From NCBI GenBank assembly GCA_964631685.1, contig CAZVZU010000001.1, positions 96,001-160,000 on the forward strand: a stretch of 64,000 bases of DNA, read 5' to 3'. The position numbers were made by a program, and so were the translations under genes. A model generated the notes under the pieces. That model had not been told where the DNA came from. It saw only the letters and a program-made list of their open reading frames with translations, and made no database searches. This stretch comes from an uncultured Actinomycetes bacterium (GTDB lineage Bacteria; SZUA-79; Acidulodesulfobacterales; Acidulodesulfobacteraceae). Shown here piece by piece: positions 19,906-28,693 of the stretch; the stretch's first letter is position 1; every line of letters begins with the position of its first letter.

Positions 19906-20820
19906 GTGCATATGAATAAATTAGAGGATTATTTCTATAAAAATCAGGATGTTGTTTTTCAAGCGTCGCAAAGAAAATATAAGGGTTTTATATACAGCGT
20001 CGAAGATGGCTATATATATGTTCTTCTTTACGCATCCTTTTCTAATAAGAAGGTGTCGGAGTTTGATGAGGGAGATTACGATATTAGTGCAGACTTGGGC
20101 TTAATTAACAATTCCAAGGCTAATACGATAATATTACAGGATATGAAGCATACTTATTCATTTAAACTTTCTGTTAGAAGCGCAACTAGAAGCGCAACTA
20201 ATATTACTATAAAGGCTGAAATATTGAAATTATTATCCCAAAGAGAAGGCAGAGAGTTTTTAAGAATTTCAACTTTTCTTCAATTTATGTATGAGGAAAT
20301 AAGCATGGAAGATTTTCTTAGTGTTAAAGATGAATATGTAGTAAGACCGTCATTTTCTACATCCGTCTACAGTATATATAACTTATCTACTCCAAAAATT
20401 TATCAGTCGCCCGGAGAAGGTGATACGACGCCAGTCAATCCGCATCTCGAAAGGCTTTTAATTGCAATAAACAGCAAATTAGATGTTATATTATCCCTAC
20501 TTAATCCGGAAGCGTCTATTTTTGCCGATGTCAAGGAGAAAAAGGTTTTTATAAGTGGTTCGGGAATTATGTTTAGCACTGAGGATATGGCCGGTTTAAC
20601 GCAGGGTAGTATAATTAAAATCACGATGTTATTTCCAACCGTTCCGCAGTTTACGATAAAAGTGGTAGCCCAGGTTGTGAAAGTCGAGAACAATGATGTT
20701 GCTTGTAAATTTATAGCGATAAACGAAACCGATAGAGATGAGATAATAAAATTTACACTTGATAAGCAAAGGCAACAAATCAAAAATGCACCACACCTTG
20801 ATCTGACCGGAATGTCCTAA
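19906..20820 (+). CDS. PilZ domain protein
   Basis: REFLR, ISGSGI, C-terminal DRDEIIKF..QR. Confidence 0.8.
   Translation: MHMNKLEDYFYKNQDVVFQASQRKYKGFIYSVEDGYIYVLLYASFSNKKVSEFDEGDYDISADLGLINNSKANTIILQDMKHTYSFKLSVRSATRSATNITIKAEILKLLSQREGREFLRISTFLQFMYEEISMEDFLSVKDEYVVRPSFSTSVYSIYNLSTPKIYQSPGEGDTTPVNPHLERLLIAINSKLDVILSLLNPEASIFADVKEKKVFISGSGIMFSTEDMAGLTQGSIIKITMLFPTVPQFTIKVVAQVVKVENNDVACKFIAINETDRDEIIKFTLDKQRQQIKNAPHLDLTGMS
20175..20200 (+). repeat. 12-bp in-frame tandem duplication (TAGAAGCGCAAC x2; RSATRSAT)
   Basis: Seen directly. Confidence 0.8.
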
Positions 20821-20833
20821 TAACGCTATCTTC

Positions 20834-21625
20834 TTATGATTTAGGTAATTCATCATTTAAAAATGTTGAGAGCACAACTATATTTACGCGTCTATTTAGC
20901 GCCTTGCCTTCAACTGTTTTGTTTGTTGCCACAGGTCTATATTTTCCGTATCCTGCTGCAGAAAGCCTTGTAGGCGGAAAATTAATTTTATTTATAAAAA
21001 ATCTCAAAACACTAACGGCCCTGGCTGTTGAAAGCATCCAGTTATTAGGATATTTAACCGTGTGAATGGGCGTTGCATCGGTGTATCCCTCTATTGTGAT
21101 GTTGTTGTTCACTTTTAATAAATCTGATGCAATATGCAATAACAGAGGGCGAAATTTTTTCAATATTCTTGCGCTACCGGATTTAAAAAAACTGGAACCT
21201 CTGAGTGTTATGACGAGTCCCCTTGTAGATTTGTATATTCTAATAGATGACTTGTAAGCACTGTCTCCGGAAATGAATGCTTGTATATTTTCTCCTATAC
21301 TATTAAAAACCTTGGCTTCGTGTTTTTCAGCCTTAATGAGTTTTTTATTGGATTTAGAAACTTTAAAAGAGGAAGGTGCGACCTTAACTACAACTAGTTT
21401 TGGTGTTGATGCTATATTGGGTGTAGATTTTGAGACGGTAATAAATTTATTTGCGCCAAAAGCCTGCTGAATAGATGTTGCAAGTTCCCTAAGTCTGACA
21501 TTATTAACGCTTGATATGGCAAACATTACTATAAAAAAGGACAAGAGAGTGGTTAAAAAATCACCATAGCTTATCATCCATCTTTCCTTGTTTTCAGGTT
21601 CCGCCGCCTTTTTCTTTCGCCTCAT
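20834..21625 (-). CDS. motB: Flagellar stator MotB
   Basis: RWMISYGDFLTTLLSFF, OmpA-like NWMLSTARA..NRRV. Confidence 0.96.
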   Translation of the reverse strand: MRRKKKAAEPENKERWMISYGDFLTTLLSFFIVMFAISSVNNVRLRELATSIQQAFGANKFITVSKSTPNIASTPKLVVVKVAPSSFKVSKSNKKLIKAEKHEAKVFNSIGENIQAFISGDSAYKSSIRIYKSTRGLVITLRGSSFFKSGSARILKKFRPLLLHIASDLLKVNNNITIEGYTDATPIHTVKYPNNWMLSTARAVSVLRFFINKINFPPTRLSAAGYGKYRPVATNKTVEGKALNRRVNIVVLSTFLNDELPKS

Positions 21626-21627
21626 TT

Positions 21628-22410
21628 CTACTTTTCCCGATTTTTTTCTTCGTATGCTTTCTTTTGGCTTTCATTTAGGAATGATTTTAATTTTTCCTCT
21701 ATAAGCCTTGGGTTCTCACCATTTTGAATGGATTCTATGCCCATTAGTATAAGTTCGTTCCTTAGGACTTTTGCTTTTAAATTAATCTTTAGCTTGCTTG
21801 ATACGGGAAAGAGAATTACATTTGCAAAAGCAAGTCCATAAAGGGTGGCTGTGAATGCTACAGCAATGCCTGCCCCAAGCCTGCTAGGGTTATTTAGATG
21901 TTGCATAACATGGATCAATCCAAGTACGGCTCCGATTATGCCCAGTGTTGGAGAATACCCACCCGCCTGATCGAAAATTTTTATGCTTTCATCTCCAAAA
22001 TTTTCTATATTTGACAGCTCAGTGTCCATGATTTCCATAAGGACATGCGGCTCTATCCCATCTATCACTAACGATAACGCTTTCTTGATAAAAGGGTCGC
22101 TGGATGCTTCTATGTCTGATTCTAATGCTAGAACGCCGTTCTTTCTGGCCTTGGCCGCATAATTAATCAATTCTAATATCGTACCTTCATAATCTACCTT
22201 ATCTGAAAAAAAAACCTCCTTAATAGATGATATTGCTCTTTTCAAGCTTGATACAGAATTTCCGGCGATAGTTGCTCCCATGGTTCCGAGTAGGACTATT
22301 ACAAGACCTATAGGATCGATCAATTGCATTACGGTGGAACCCTGCAAGAAATTCCCAAAGATAATCCCGCCCGCACCAAGAATGAAGCCAACTATAGACG
22401 CTAAATCCAT
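21628..22410 (-). CDS. motA: Flagellar stator MotA
   Basis: ARKNGVLALE, PTLGIIGAVLGLI, ATLYG. Confidence 0.96.
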   Translation of the reverse strand: MDLASIVGFILGAGGIIFGNFLQGSTVMQLIDPIGLVIVLLGTMGATIAGNSVSSLKRAISSIKEVFFSDKVDYEGTILELINYAAKARKNGVLALESDIEASSDPFIKKALSLVIDGIEPHVLMEIMDTELSNIENFGDESIKIFDQAGGYSPTLGIIGAVLGLIHVMQHLNNPSRLGAGIAVAFTATLYGLAFANVILFPVSSKLKINLKAKVLRNELILMGIESIQNGENPRLIEEKLKSFLNESQKKAYEEKNREK

Positions 22411-22451
22411 ATTTACTGTATATTATTAATTATAGATTAAAATACTTTCGC

Positions 22452-22480
22452 ATTCTACCAAATTTCATATATTATATCAA
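22452..22480 (-). promoter_or_regulatory. sigma70-type promoter for motAB
   Basis: Minus strand TTGATA-N17-TAGAAT. Confidence 0.5.
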
Positions 22481-22639
22481 TAATAACAAAGATTTATATT
22501 TATATCCATATATAATTGTGGATTATTTTTTTATTGAAATAATATTTTATGGAATTTGTAATTATGATATAATCTTTAAAGTCTTAATTTAAGACATTAC
22601 CCGTAGGTTTTGTGGTTGATTTCTTTTTCGTTTTAAGCT

Positions 22640-23629
22640 GTGAGGGTCGCGTGGGGTGTTATGAATAGTTTTAAATCTATTATGGATGTTGCTAATTCGC
22701 AGATAGCGGCAGCGGTTAAAGATAAACATGCAAGGCAATCCGAGCATGCAATGCATGCTGATGTCAATACTCAAAAAACCGATAAATTAACCCCTGCGGA
22801 TTTAAAAAAAATTAAACTTGTAGCTACAAAATTTGAGTCGCTGTTTTTAGACATGATTTTTAATTCCATGTCCAAAGATATAGAAAAGAGTTCTTTCGTT
22901 GATCATGGGTCAGGATATAAGATATTTAATTCTCTTTTTTATGATGCGGTTGCAAACAGCGAGACTTACGGTAACGGGATCGGTATAGCAAAAATGATAG
23001 TCGGTTACTTCAAGGAACACCCCGCTTTAATAAATAATATGGGTTCGAATGAGGTTAAGACATCTATCGGCAAGCTTTATAGTACCAATAATATATTTCA
23101 AGCATATAAACGTTCATCGGAATCCGACATTGGCATTAGTTCTCTTATACAACAAACTACTGGCGAGAATCCGCTTCAATCCTCCTCGCAGAATAATATT
23201 GATAGAAATGATAACAAAATTGACAAGAATGGATACATTACTGCCGACGAAATTGCAGAAAAAGCCTCAAAAATATATGGAATTTCTTATAATTTAATTA
23301 AAGCCGTTATGAAAACAGAGTCCGGCTTTAATCCTTATGCCATTTCTAATAAAGGTGCTGTTGGGTTAATGCAGCTTATGCCAGAGACGGCAAAAGATCT
23401 CGGCGTGGACATAGATAATCCCATTCATAATGTATTTGGCGGAGCATTGTATCTAAAAAAAATGATGGAAAGATACGATGGAGATGTTAAATTGGCTCTT
23501 GCCGCCTATAATGCCGGAGCGGAAAATGTAGATAAGTATAAAGGAATTCCGCCATTTGAGGAGACCGAAAATTATGTTAAGACTGTTTTGAATTATTATA
23601 AAGAATATAATAAGATATCGAACTCATAA
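22640..23629 (+). CDS. FlgJ rod-binding domain fused to an SLT lytic transglycosylase; start probably ATG 22661
   Basis: N-terminal ATKFESLFLDMIFNSM..GIGIAKMI; C-terminal ESGFNP, GLMQLMP, ALAAYNAG, ETENYV. Confidence 0.85.
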   Translation: MRVAWGVMNSFKSIMDVANSQIAAAVKDKHARQSEHAMHADVNTQKTDKLTPADLKKIKLVATKFESLFLDMIFNSMSKDIEKSSFVDHGSGYKIFNSLFYDAVANSETYGNGIGIAKMIVGYFKEHPALINNMGSNEVKTSIGKLYSTNNIFQAYKRSSESDIGISSLIQQTTGENPLQSSSQNNIDRNDNKIDKNGYITADEIAEKASKIYGISYNLIKAVMKTESGFNPYAISNKGAVGLMQLMPETAKDLGVDIDNPIHNVFGGALYLKKMMERYDGDVKLALAAYNAGAENVDKYKGIPPFEETENYVKTVLNYYKEYNKISNS

Positions 23630-23709
23630 TTTACAATCTCTGTATTTCACCCCATATTAATGCAATACTGGAGTATGTGCTGACAAATAAGGCACTTTAT
23701 TAACATTTT

Positions 23710-25032
23710 ATGGCAAAATTGGTTAATTTAAAGGAATATATCGATATATTACAAAATATTGATAGATTTGTTATAAAGGGCAAACTGACGAAGGCGGTGG
23801 GACTTGTGCTGGAAGCCAAACATCCGTCACTTTCTATAGGGAAGATTTGCAAAATTAAAAGTAAAAATGCGACGGATACGAGGCATGTTTTGGCAGAGGT
23901 TATAGGTTTTAATAATGATAGGGCAATGCTTATGCCCTACGGCGATATTAGCGGAATCAGCTTGGAAAGCGAGGTGCTTTTACTAGATGAAGAGGAAAAA
24001 TTTCCTGCAGGAGATGAGCTTAAAGGCAGAGTATTAGATCCATTTGGGAATCCGCTTGACGATAAAGGAAAAGTGATATGCAATGACTTTGTAAATATAT
24101 TTAATGAACCTCCGCCTCCACTTTCAAGAAAGAGGATTGTGGAGGCCATGGATGTTGGAATTAGGTCAATAAATGCTTTATTCACGATAGGAAAGGGTCA
24201 AAGGATAGGTATTTTTGCAGGTTCCGGTGTAGGTAAAAGTACTCTTTTAGGTATGATAACAAAATATTCTCATGCCGATATAAATGTTATTGCGCTTATA
24301 GGAGAAAGAGGGCGGGAGGTCAAAGAATTTATTGAAAAGAATCTTGGAGAAAACGGACTAAAAAAGACCATTATTATTGTCGCGACATCGGATAAATCTC
24401 CTCTGGTCCGGTTAAGAGGGGCTTTTGTTGCAACTGCTATTGCCGAATATTTTAGAGATAAGGGATTGGATGTTTTGTTTTTAATGGACTCAATAACAAG
24501 ATTTGCTATGGCAGTCAGAGAAATTGGCTTGTCTGCTGGTGAGCCTCCTACGGTTAGGGGCTATACCCCGTCGGTTTTTAGCATTTTACCGAAGCTTTTG
24601 GAAAGAGCGGCTAATTCCGACAAGGGTAGTATTACAGGTATTTACTCAGTTCTAGTGGAGGGTGATGATATGAATGAACCTATTGCAGATACGGCTAGGT
24701 CTATATTAGACGGGCATATAGTACTTTCGAGAAAGATTGCGGAAAAAGGTATTTTTCCCGCAATAGACGTGCTTAACAGTATATCAAGGGTCATGCCCGA
24801 TGTAATTTCCGAAGAACATCTATTAAAGGCGAGAGATGTATTAAAGGTGGTTTCAGAATATAGAATCAATGAAGATATCATCAATATAGGTGCTTATTCG
24901 AAGGGAGCAAATGTGGATATAGATTTTGCAATCGACCATTTGGGAAAAATAGATGATTTTATTAGACAAGCACCGAATGAACAGTGTTCCTTTGAAAAAA
25001 GTATAGATGAGCTTAATATCCTGCTGAATTAA
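23710..25032 (+). CDS. fliI: Flagellar export ATPase FliI
   Basis: AGSGVGKS, GERGREV, DSITRFA, LDGHIVLSR. Confidence 0.95.
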   Translation: MAKLVNLKEYIDILQNIDRFVIKGKLTKAVGLVLEAKHPSLSIGKICKIKSKNATDTRHVLAEVIGFNNDRAMLMPYGDISGISLESEVLLLDEEEKFPAGDELKGRVLDPFGNPLDDKGKVICNDFVNIFNEPPPPLSRKRIVEAMDVGIRSINALFTIGKGQRIGIFAGSGVGKSTLLGMITKYSHADINVIALIGERGREVKEFIEKNLGENGLKKTIIIVATSDKSPLVRLRGAFVATAIAEYFRDKGLDVLFLMDSITRFAMAVREIGLSAGEPPTVRGYTPSVFSILPKLLERAANSDKGSITGIYSVLVEGDDMNEPIADTARSILDGHIVLSRKIAEKGIFPAIDVLNSISRVMPDVISEEHLLKARDVLKVVSEYRINEDIINIGAYSKGANVDIDFAIDHLGKIDDFIRQAPNEQCSFEKSIDELNILLN

Positions 25033-25114
25033 TCTAATACAATAGCAATGCGGCTGTCAGGAAAAGAATTATTAAAAAATAAACTTAATTTTTTATTTAC
25101 CGGTAATTATCTAG

Positions 25115-26158
25115 ATGACAATTTCTCACGTGAGAATAGATAAAGAAGAGGCTGTTGGCCTTTTTAAAAATAAGAGTATTCTGGAGCTTGGAAAAAGGGC
25201 AAACGAGATAAGAAAAAATAAACATCCCCAGAATGCTGTTACATTTATAATTGATAGGAATATTAATTATACCGATATATGTGTGTCTGAGTGTAGCTTT
25301 TGCGCTTTTTATAAAAAATTACAGGATCCGGATGCCTATATTTTAAGTAAAAATGATATATTTGAAAAAATACAAGAGACACTTGAACTAAAAGGGACTC
25401 AAATTTTGTTTCAAGGGGGATTAAATCCAGATATAGAACTTGATTATTACACAAGTCTTTTATCTGAAATTAAGGAAAAGTTCAATATCCATATACACGC
25501 TTTTTCACCCCCCGAAATCTACTATATGGCAGATAGTAACAATATGACTGTCAAAGAAATAATCCATCTCCTGAAGGATGCGGGATTGGATTCTATTCCA
25601 GGAGGCGGAGCTGAAATATTAGTCGACAGAGTGAGAAAAAAAATAAGTCCAAATAAAATATGTAGCGAAAAGTGGCTTGAGGTCATGGAAGAGGCCCATA
25701 ATGCAGGGTTGCATTCATCTGCTACGATGATGCTGGGAACGATTGAAACGGACAGGGAAATTGTAGAGCATCTTTTTAAATTACGAGATCTTCAGGATAA
25801 GACAGGCGGATTTATTGCATTTATACCATGGAGTTTTCAGAGTAAAAATACCAATTTAAACCCTAGAGGGGTATACGGACACTATTATCTTAAGGTTTTG
25901 GCTATTTCTCGAATTGTCCTTGATAACTTCGAAAATATTCAGGCTTCATGGGTTACGCAGGGAGCAAAAATGGGACAGGTTGCTTTAAATTTTGGTGCAA
26001 ATGATATGGGTTCCACAATGATAGAGGAAAATGTAGTTAAAGCGGCGGGAACTCAAAATGCAATGATCAACGAAAGGAGAATGGTAAAATTAATAAGAGA
26101 TGCTGGATTTATTCCTGCCCAAAGACTTAATAATTACGATATAATAAAATTATATTAG
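25115..26158 (+). CDS. mqnC: Cyclic dehypoxanthine futalosine synthase (radical SAM)
   Basis: CxxxCxFC, DRNINYT, SIPGGGAEIL, QASWVTQG, MIEENVV. Confidence 0.92.
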   Translation: MTISHVRIDKEEAVGLFKNKSILELGKRANEIRKNKHPQNAVTFIIDRNINYTDICVSECSFCAFYKKLQDPDAYILSKNDIFEKIQETLELKGTQILFQGGLNPDIELDYYTSLLSEIKEKFNIHIHAFSPPEIYYMADSNNMTVKEIIHLLKDAGLDSIPGGGAEILVDRVRKKISPNKICSEKWLEVMEEAHNAGLHSSATMMLGTIETDREIVEHLFKLRDLQDKTGGFIAFIPWSFQSKNTNLNPRGVYGHYYLKVLAISRIVLDNFENIQASWVTQGAKMGQVALNFGANDMGSTMIEENVVKAAGTQNAMINERRMVKLIRDAGFIPAQRLNNYDIIKLY

Positions 26159-26259
26159 ATTCGGTTTGCACCAAATGATTGATCAAATAAGTTTGTAAAA
26201 AACTATAGCATGTGTGTTATAATAAACAAATGTTATTGTGAAAATTAAAAGATTAGGAG

Positions 26260-26634
26260 TTGATACTCTTGAATGAAGGGAAACTGTTACATTTCAAAAA
26301 CATACTCGATAAAAAATTAGAGATGCTTCTTGACGAGGCCCATAAGACGGTCGGTACGATGTCAAAAGAAGATGATAATTTTCCTGATCCTACAGATAGG
26401 GCTACGTTAGAGTCTGATCGAAATTTTGAGCTTCGTATTAGAGACAGAGAGAGAAAGCTTATAGCTAAAATAGAGGAAGCATTAGAAAGAGTCAGGAACG
26501 GAACTTACGGTGTCTGCATTGAGTGTGAACGAGAAATCTCAGAAAAGAGGCTGGAGAATAGGCCTGAAGCCACGATGTGTATTGCATGCAAGACCAAAGA
26601 AGAAGAGCTTGAAAAAAAATCCAATATTTCATAA
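26260..26634 (+). CDS. dksA: RNA polymerase-binding protein DksA
   Basis: DPTDRA coiled-coil tip, CIEC..CIAC zinc finger. Confidence 0.93.
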   Translation: MILLNEGKLLHFKNILDKKLEMLLDEAHKTVGTMSKEDDNFPDPTDRATLESDRNFELRIRDRERKLIAKIEEALERVRNGTYGVCIECEREISEKRLENRPEATMCIACKTKEEELEKKSNIS

Positions 26635-26642
26635 GTGGAGAA

Positions 26643-28136
26643 TTGTTTGTGAATGTCTTGTTCATGAGTTCGGAGTTTTTTCCCTTTGCAAAAGCGGGCG
26701 ATCTCGCTGATGTTTCTGAAGCGATTGCCGTCAATTTGGTTAAAAAAGGAATAAAAGTTTCCGTATGCCTTCCTTACTATAGCCATGTGCAAAAGCAAAA
26801 TTTAAGGATAATGGGAAAGATAGTGAGGTTAGAGGTTGAGACCTCTCCAGAATGCATTAAGATGTTTTCTGATGAAAAAGATATTGCGGAAAAAATAAAA
26901 TTCTTTGATATTCTGCCCTATAAATATAAGGGTGTAAATATATATTTTGTAAGAAATGACTATCTATTTGATAGAGATTTTATATACGGATACGGTGATA
27001 AGGATTACAACGACAATCTTTTAAGATTTTCTCTTTTTTGTCAAGCGGGACTTGCCTTTTTCAATGATAATAACATAAAATTTGATATTATCCATGCCAA
27101 TGACTGGCAAACGTCATTAATACCCATTTTTTCTAAATTTAAATTTAGATTATCTTCTAAGGTGCTATTGACTATTCATAACATCGCTTATCAGGGGATA
27201 TTTTCAAAAGAGCAATTTGCGTGTGTAAACGTTAGCAATAGTATCTTGAATTTTGAGGGGATAGAGCATTGCGATAACATCAATCTGCTTAAAGGTGGTA
27301 TAGAATTTAGCGATACAATCAATACGGTCAGTATAAAATATTCAAATGAGATTCAAACGGAAGAGTTTGGTTTCGGTTTGTCGGATATCCTTAAGAACAA
27401 GAGAAACATACACGGAATATTAAACGGTATCGATTACGATGAGTGGAATCCGGCAACAGATAAATATATTCATAAAAATTATAATTCTGAAAATTTTATA
27501 AGGGGTAAGAAATCTTGCAAGAGGAATTTGCTTAATTTATTTTTTGGCAAAGAAAAGACAAAGTTGTTACTCGACAAACCATTGTTAGGCATTGCCTCTA
27601 GATTTGAAGAACAAAAAGGTTTGGATATTTTTATTAAAATCATTGGCGCCTTAATTGGGCAAGGGTGTTCAGTAATTGTGCTAGGAGAGGGTGAAAAGTG
27701 GCTCGAAGATGAATTTACAAAGATTGCGGAGACCTATAAAGACGATGTTTCGGTAAAAATAGCTTATGATAATCAAACATTTCACAAAGTGCAGGCTGGA
27801 AGCGATTTTTTAGTTATACCTTCTAAATATGGGCCTTGCGGTCAAAACCAGATGTATGGTATGAGGTATGGGGCAGTGCCGATAGTTAATGCTGTTGGCG
27901 GATTAGATGATGCCGTATTGGGTTATAATGGCCTTAATGCCGATGTTGCCACAGGATTTAAATTTTATGAATTTAATGAGACAGAGTTGGAAAAAGCAAT
28001 TTTAAATGCAGCTGATATTTACTATAATGACAGAAAAACATTAAATAAAATCATATTAAATGCCATGTGTCTAAATTATTCATGGGACAATAGGGTTGGC
28101 GACTATATTTCGCTTTACAATAAAATGCTGAATTAA
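26643..28136 (+). CDS. glgA: Glycogen synthase-like GT5 with altered motifs
   Basis: HANDWQT, TIHNIAYQG, GILNGID present; KAGDL and SKYGPCG deviate from consensus. Confidence 0.88.
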   Translation: MFVNVLFMSSEFFPFAKAGDLADVSEAIAVNLVKKGIKVSVCLPYYSHVQKQNLRIMGKIVRLEVETSPECIKMFSDEKDIAEKIKFFDILPYKYKGVNIYFVRNDYLFDRDFIYGYGDKDYNDNLLRFSLFCQAGLAFFNDNNIKFDIIHANDWQTSLIPIFSKFKFRLSSKVLLTIHNIAYQGIFSKEQFACVNVSNSILNFEGIEHCDNINLLKGGIEFSDTINTVSIKYSNEIQTEEFGFGLSDILKNKRNIHGILNGIDYDEWNPATDKYIHKNYNSENFIRGKKSCKRNLLNLFFGKEKTKLLLDKPLLGIASRFEEQKGLDIFIKIIGALIGQGCSVIVLGEGEKWLEDEFTKIAETYKDDVSVKIAYDNQTFHKVQAGSDFLVIPSKYGPCGQNQMYGMRYGAVPIVNAVGGLDDAVLGYNGLNADVATGFKFYEFNETELEKAILNAADIYYNDRKTLNKIILNAMCLNYSWDNRVGDYISLYNKMLN

Positions 28137-28150
28137 CAAAATAAATTAGG

Positions 28151-28633
28151 ATGGTTAAAAGGATGATATATTCTCTTTCCAATGTTAAGGATTACACAGA
28201 TAATTTTCCATTTACAAACAATAATGATGGATATAGAGACGTAAGAAAACATAGCGTAGTCAAAAATGTGCTTATTGCAGAGGACAACCAAATGCATTCC
28301 GAGCTGATGAAATTAATTATTGATTCTATCGTTGATGCTAATGTTGTTATAGCAAATGACGGCGGTGAAGCCTTAGACAAAATATACACAGAAGACTGTT
28401 TTGATTTGATTATTCTTGATATTATGATGCCTAAGGTTAATGGACTGGATGTTCTTAAGGCAGTCAGGAGGTTGTTTGATAGGGTGCCTGTGCTAATGGT
28501 TAGTGCATTAGGGGACGGAAAAACACTAAGCATGGGTATGTCTTTAGGGGCAAACGATTGTCTCGCAAAGCCTATAAATAAAGATATTTTCAAGCAAAAA
28601 ATAAACTTCCTTCTAGGAACTGTCGATAATTAA
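28151..28633 (+). CDS. Single-domain response regulator
   Basis: AEDN, LDIMMP, KP. Confidence 0.9.
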   Translation: MVKRMIYSLSNVKDYTDNFPFTNNNDGYRDVRKHSVVKNVLIAEDNQMHSELMKLIIDSIVDANVVIANDGGEALDKIYTEDCFDLIILDIMMPKVNGLDVLKAVRRLFDRVPVLMVSALGDGKTLSMGMSLGANDCLAKPINKDIFKQKINFLLGTVDN

Positions 28634-28693
28634 TATAGGACGAATAGTCCGGATTTTCTAAAAATTTATATAACAGGGAGAGTCTCAATTTTT

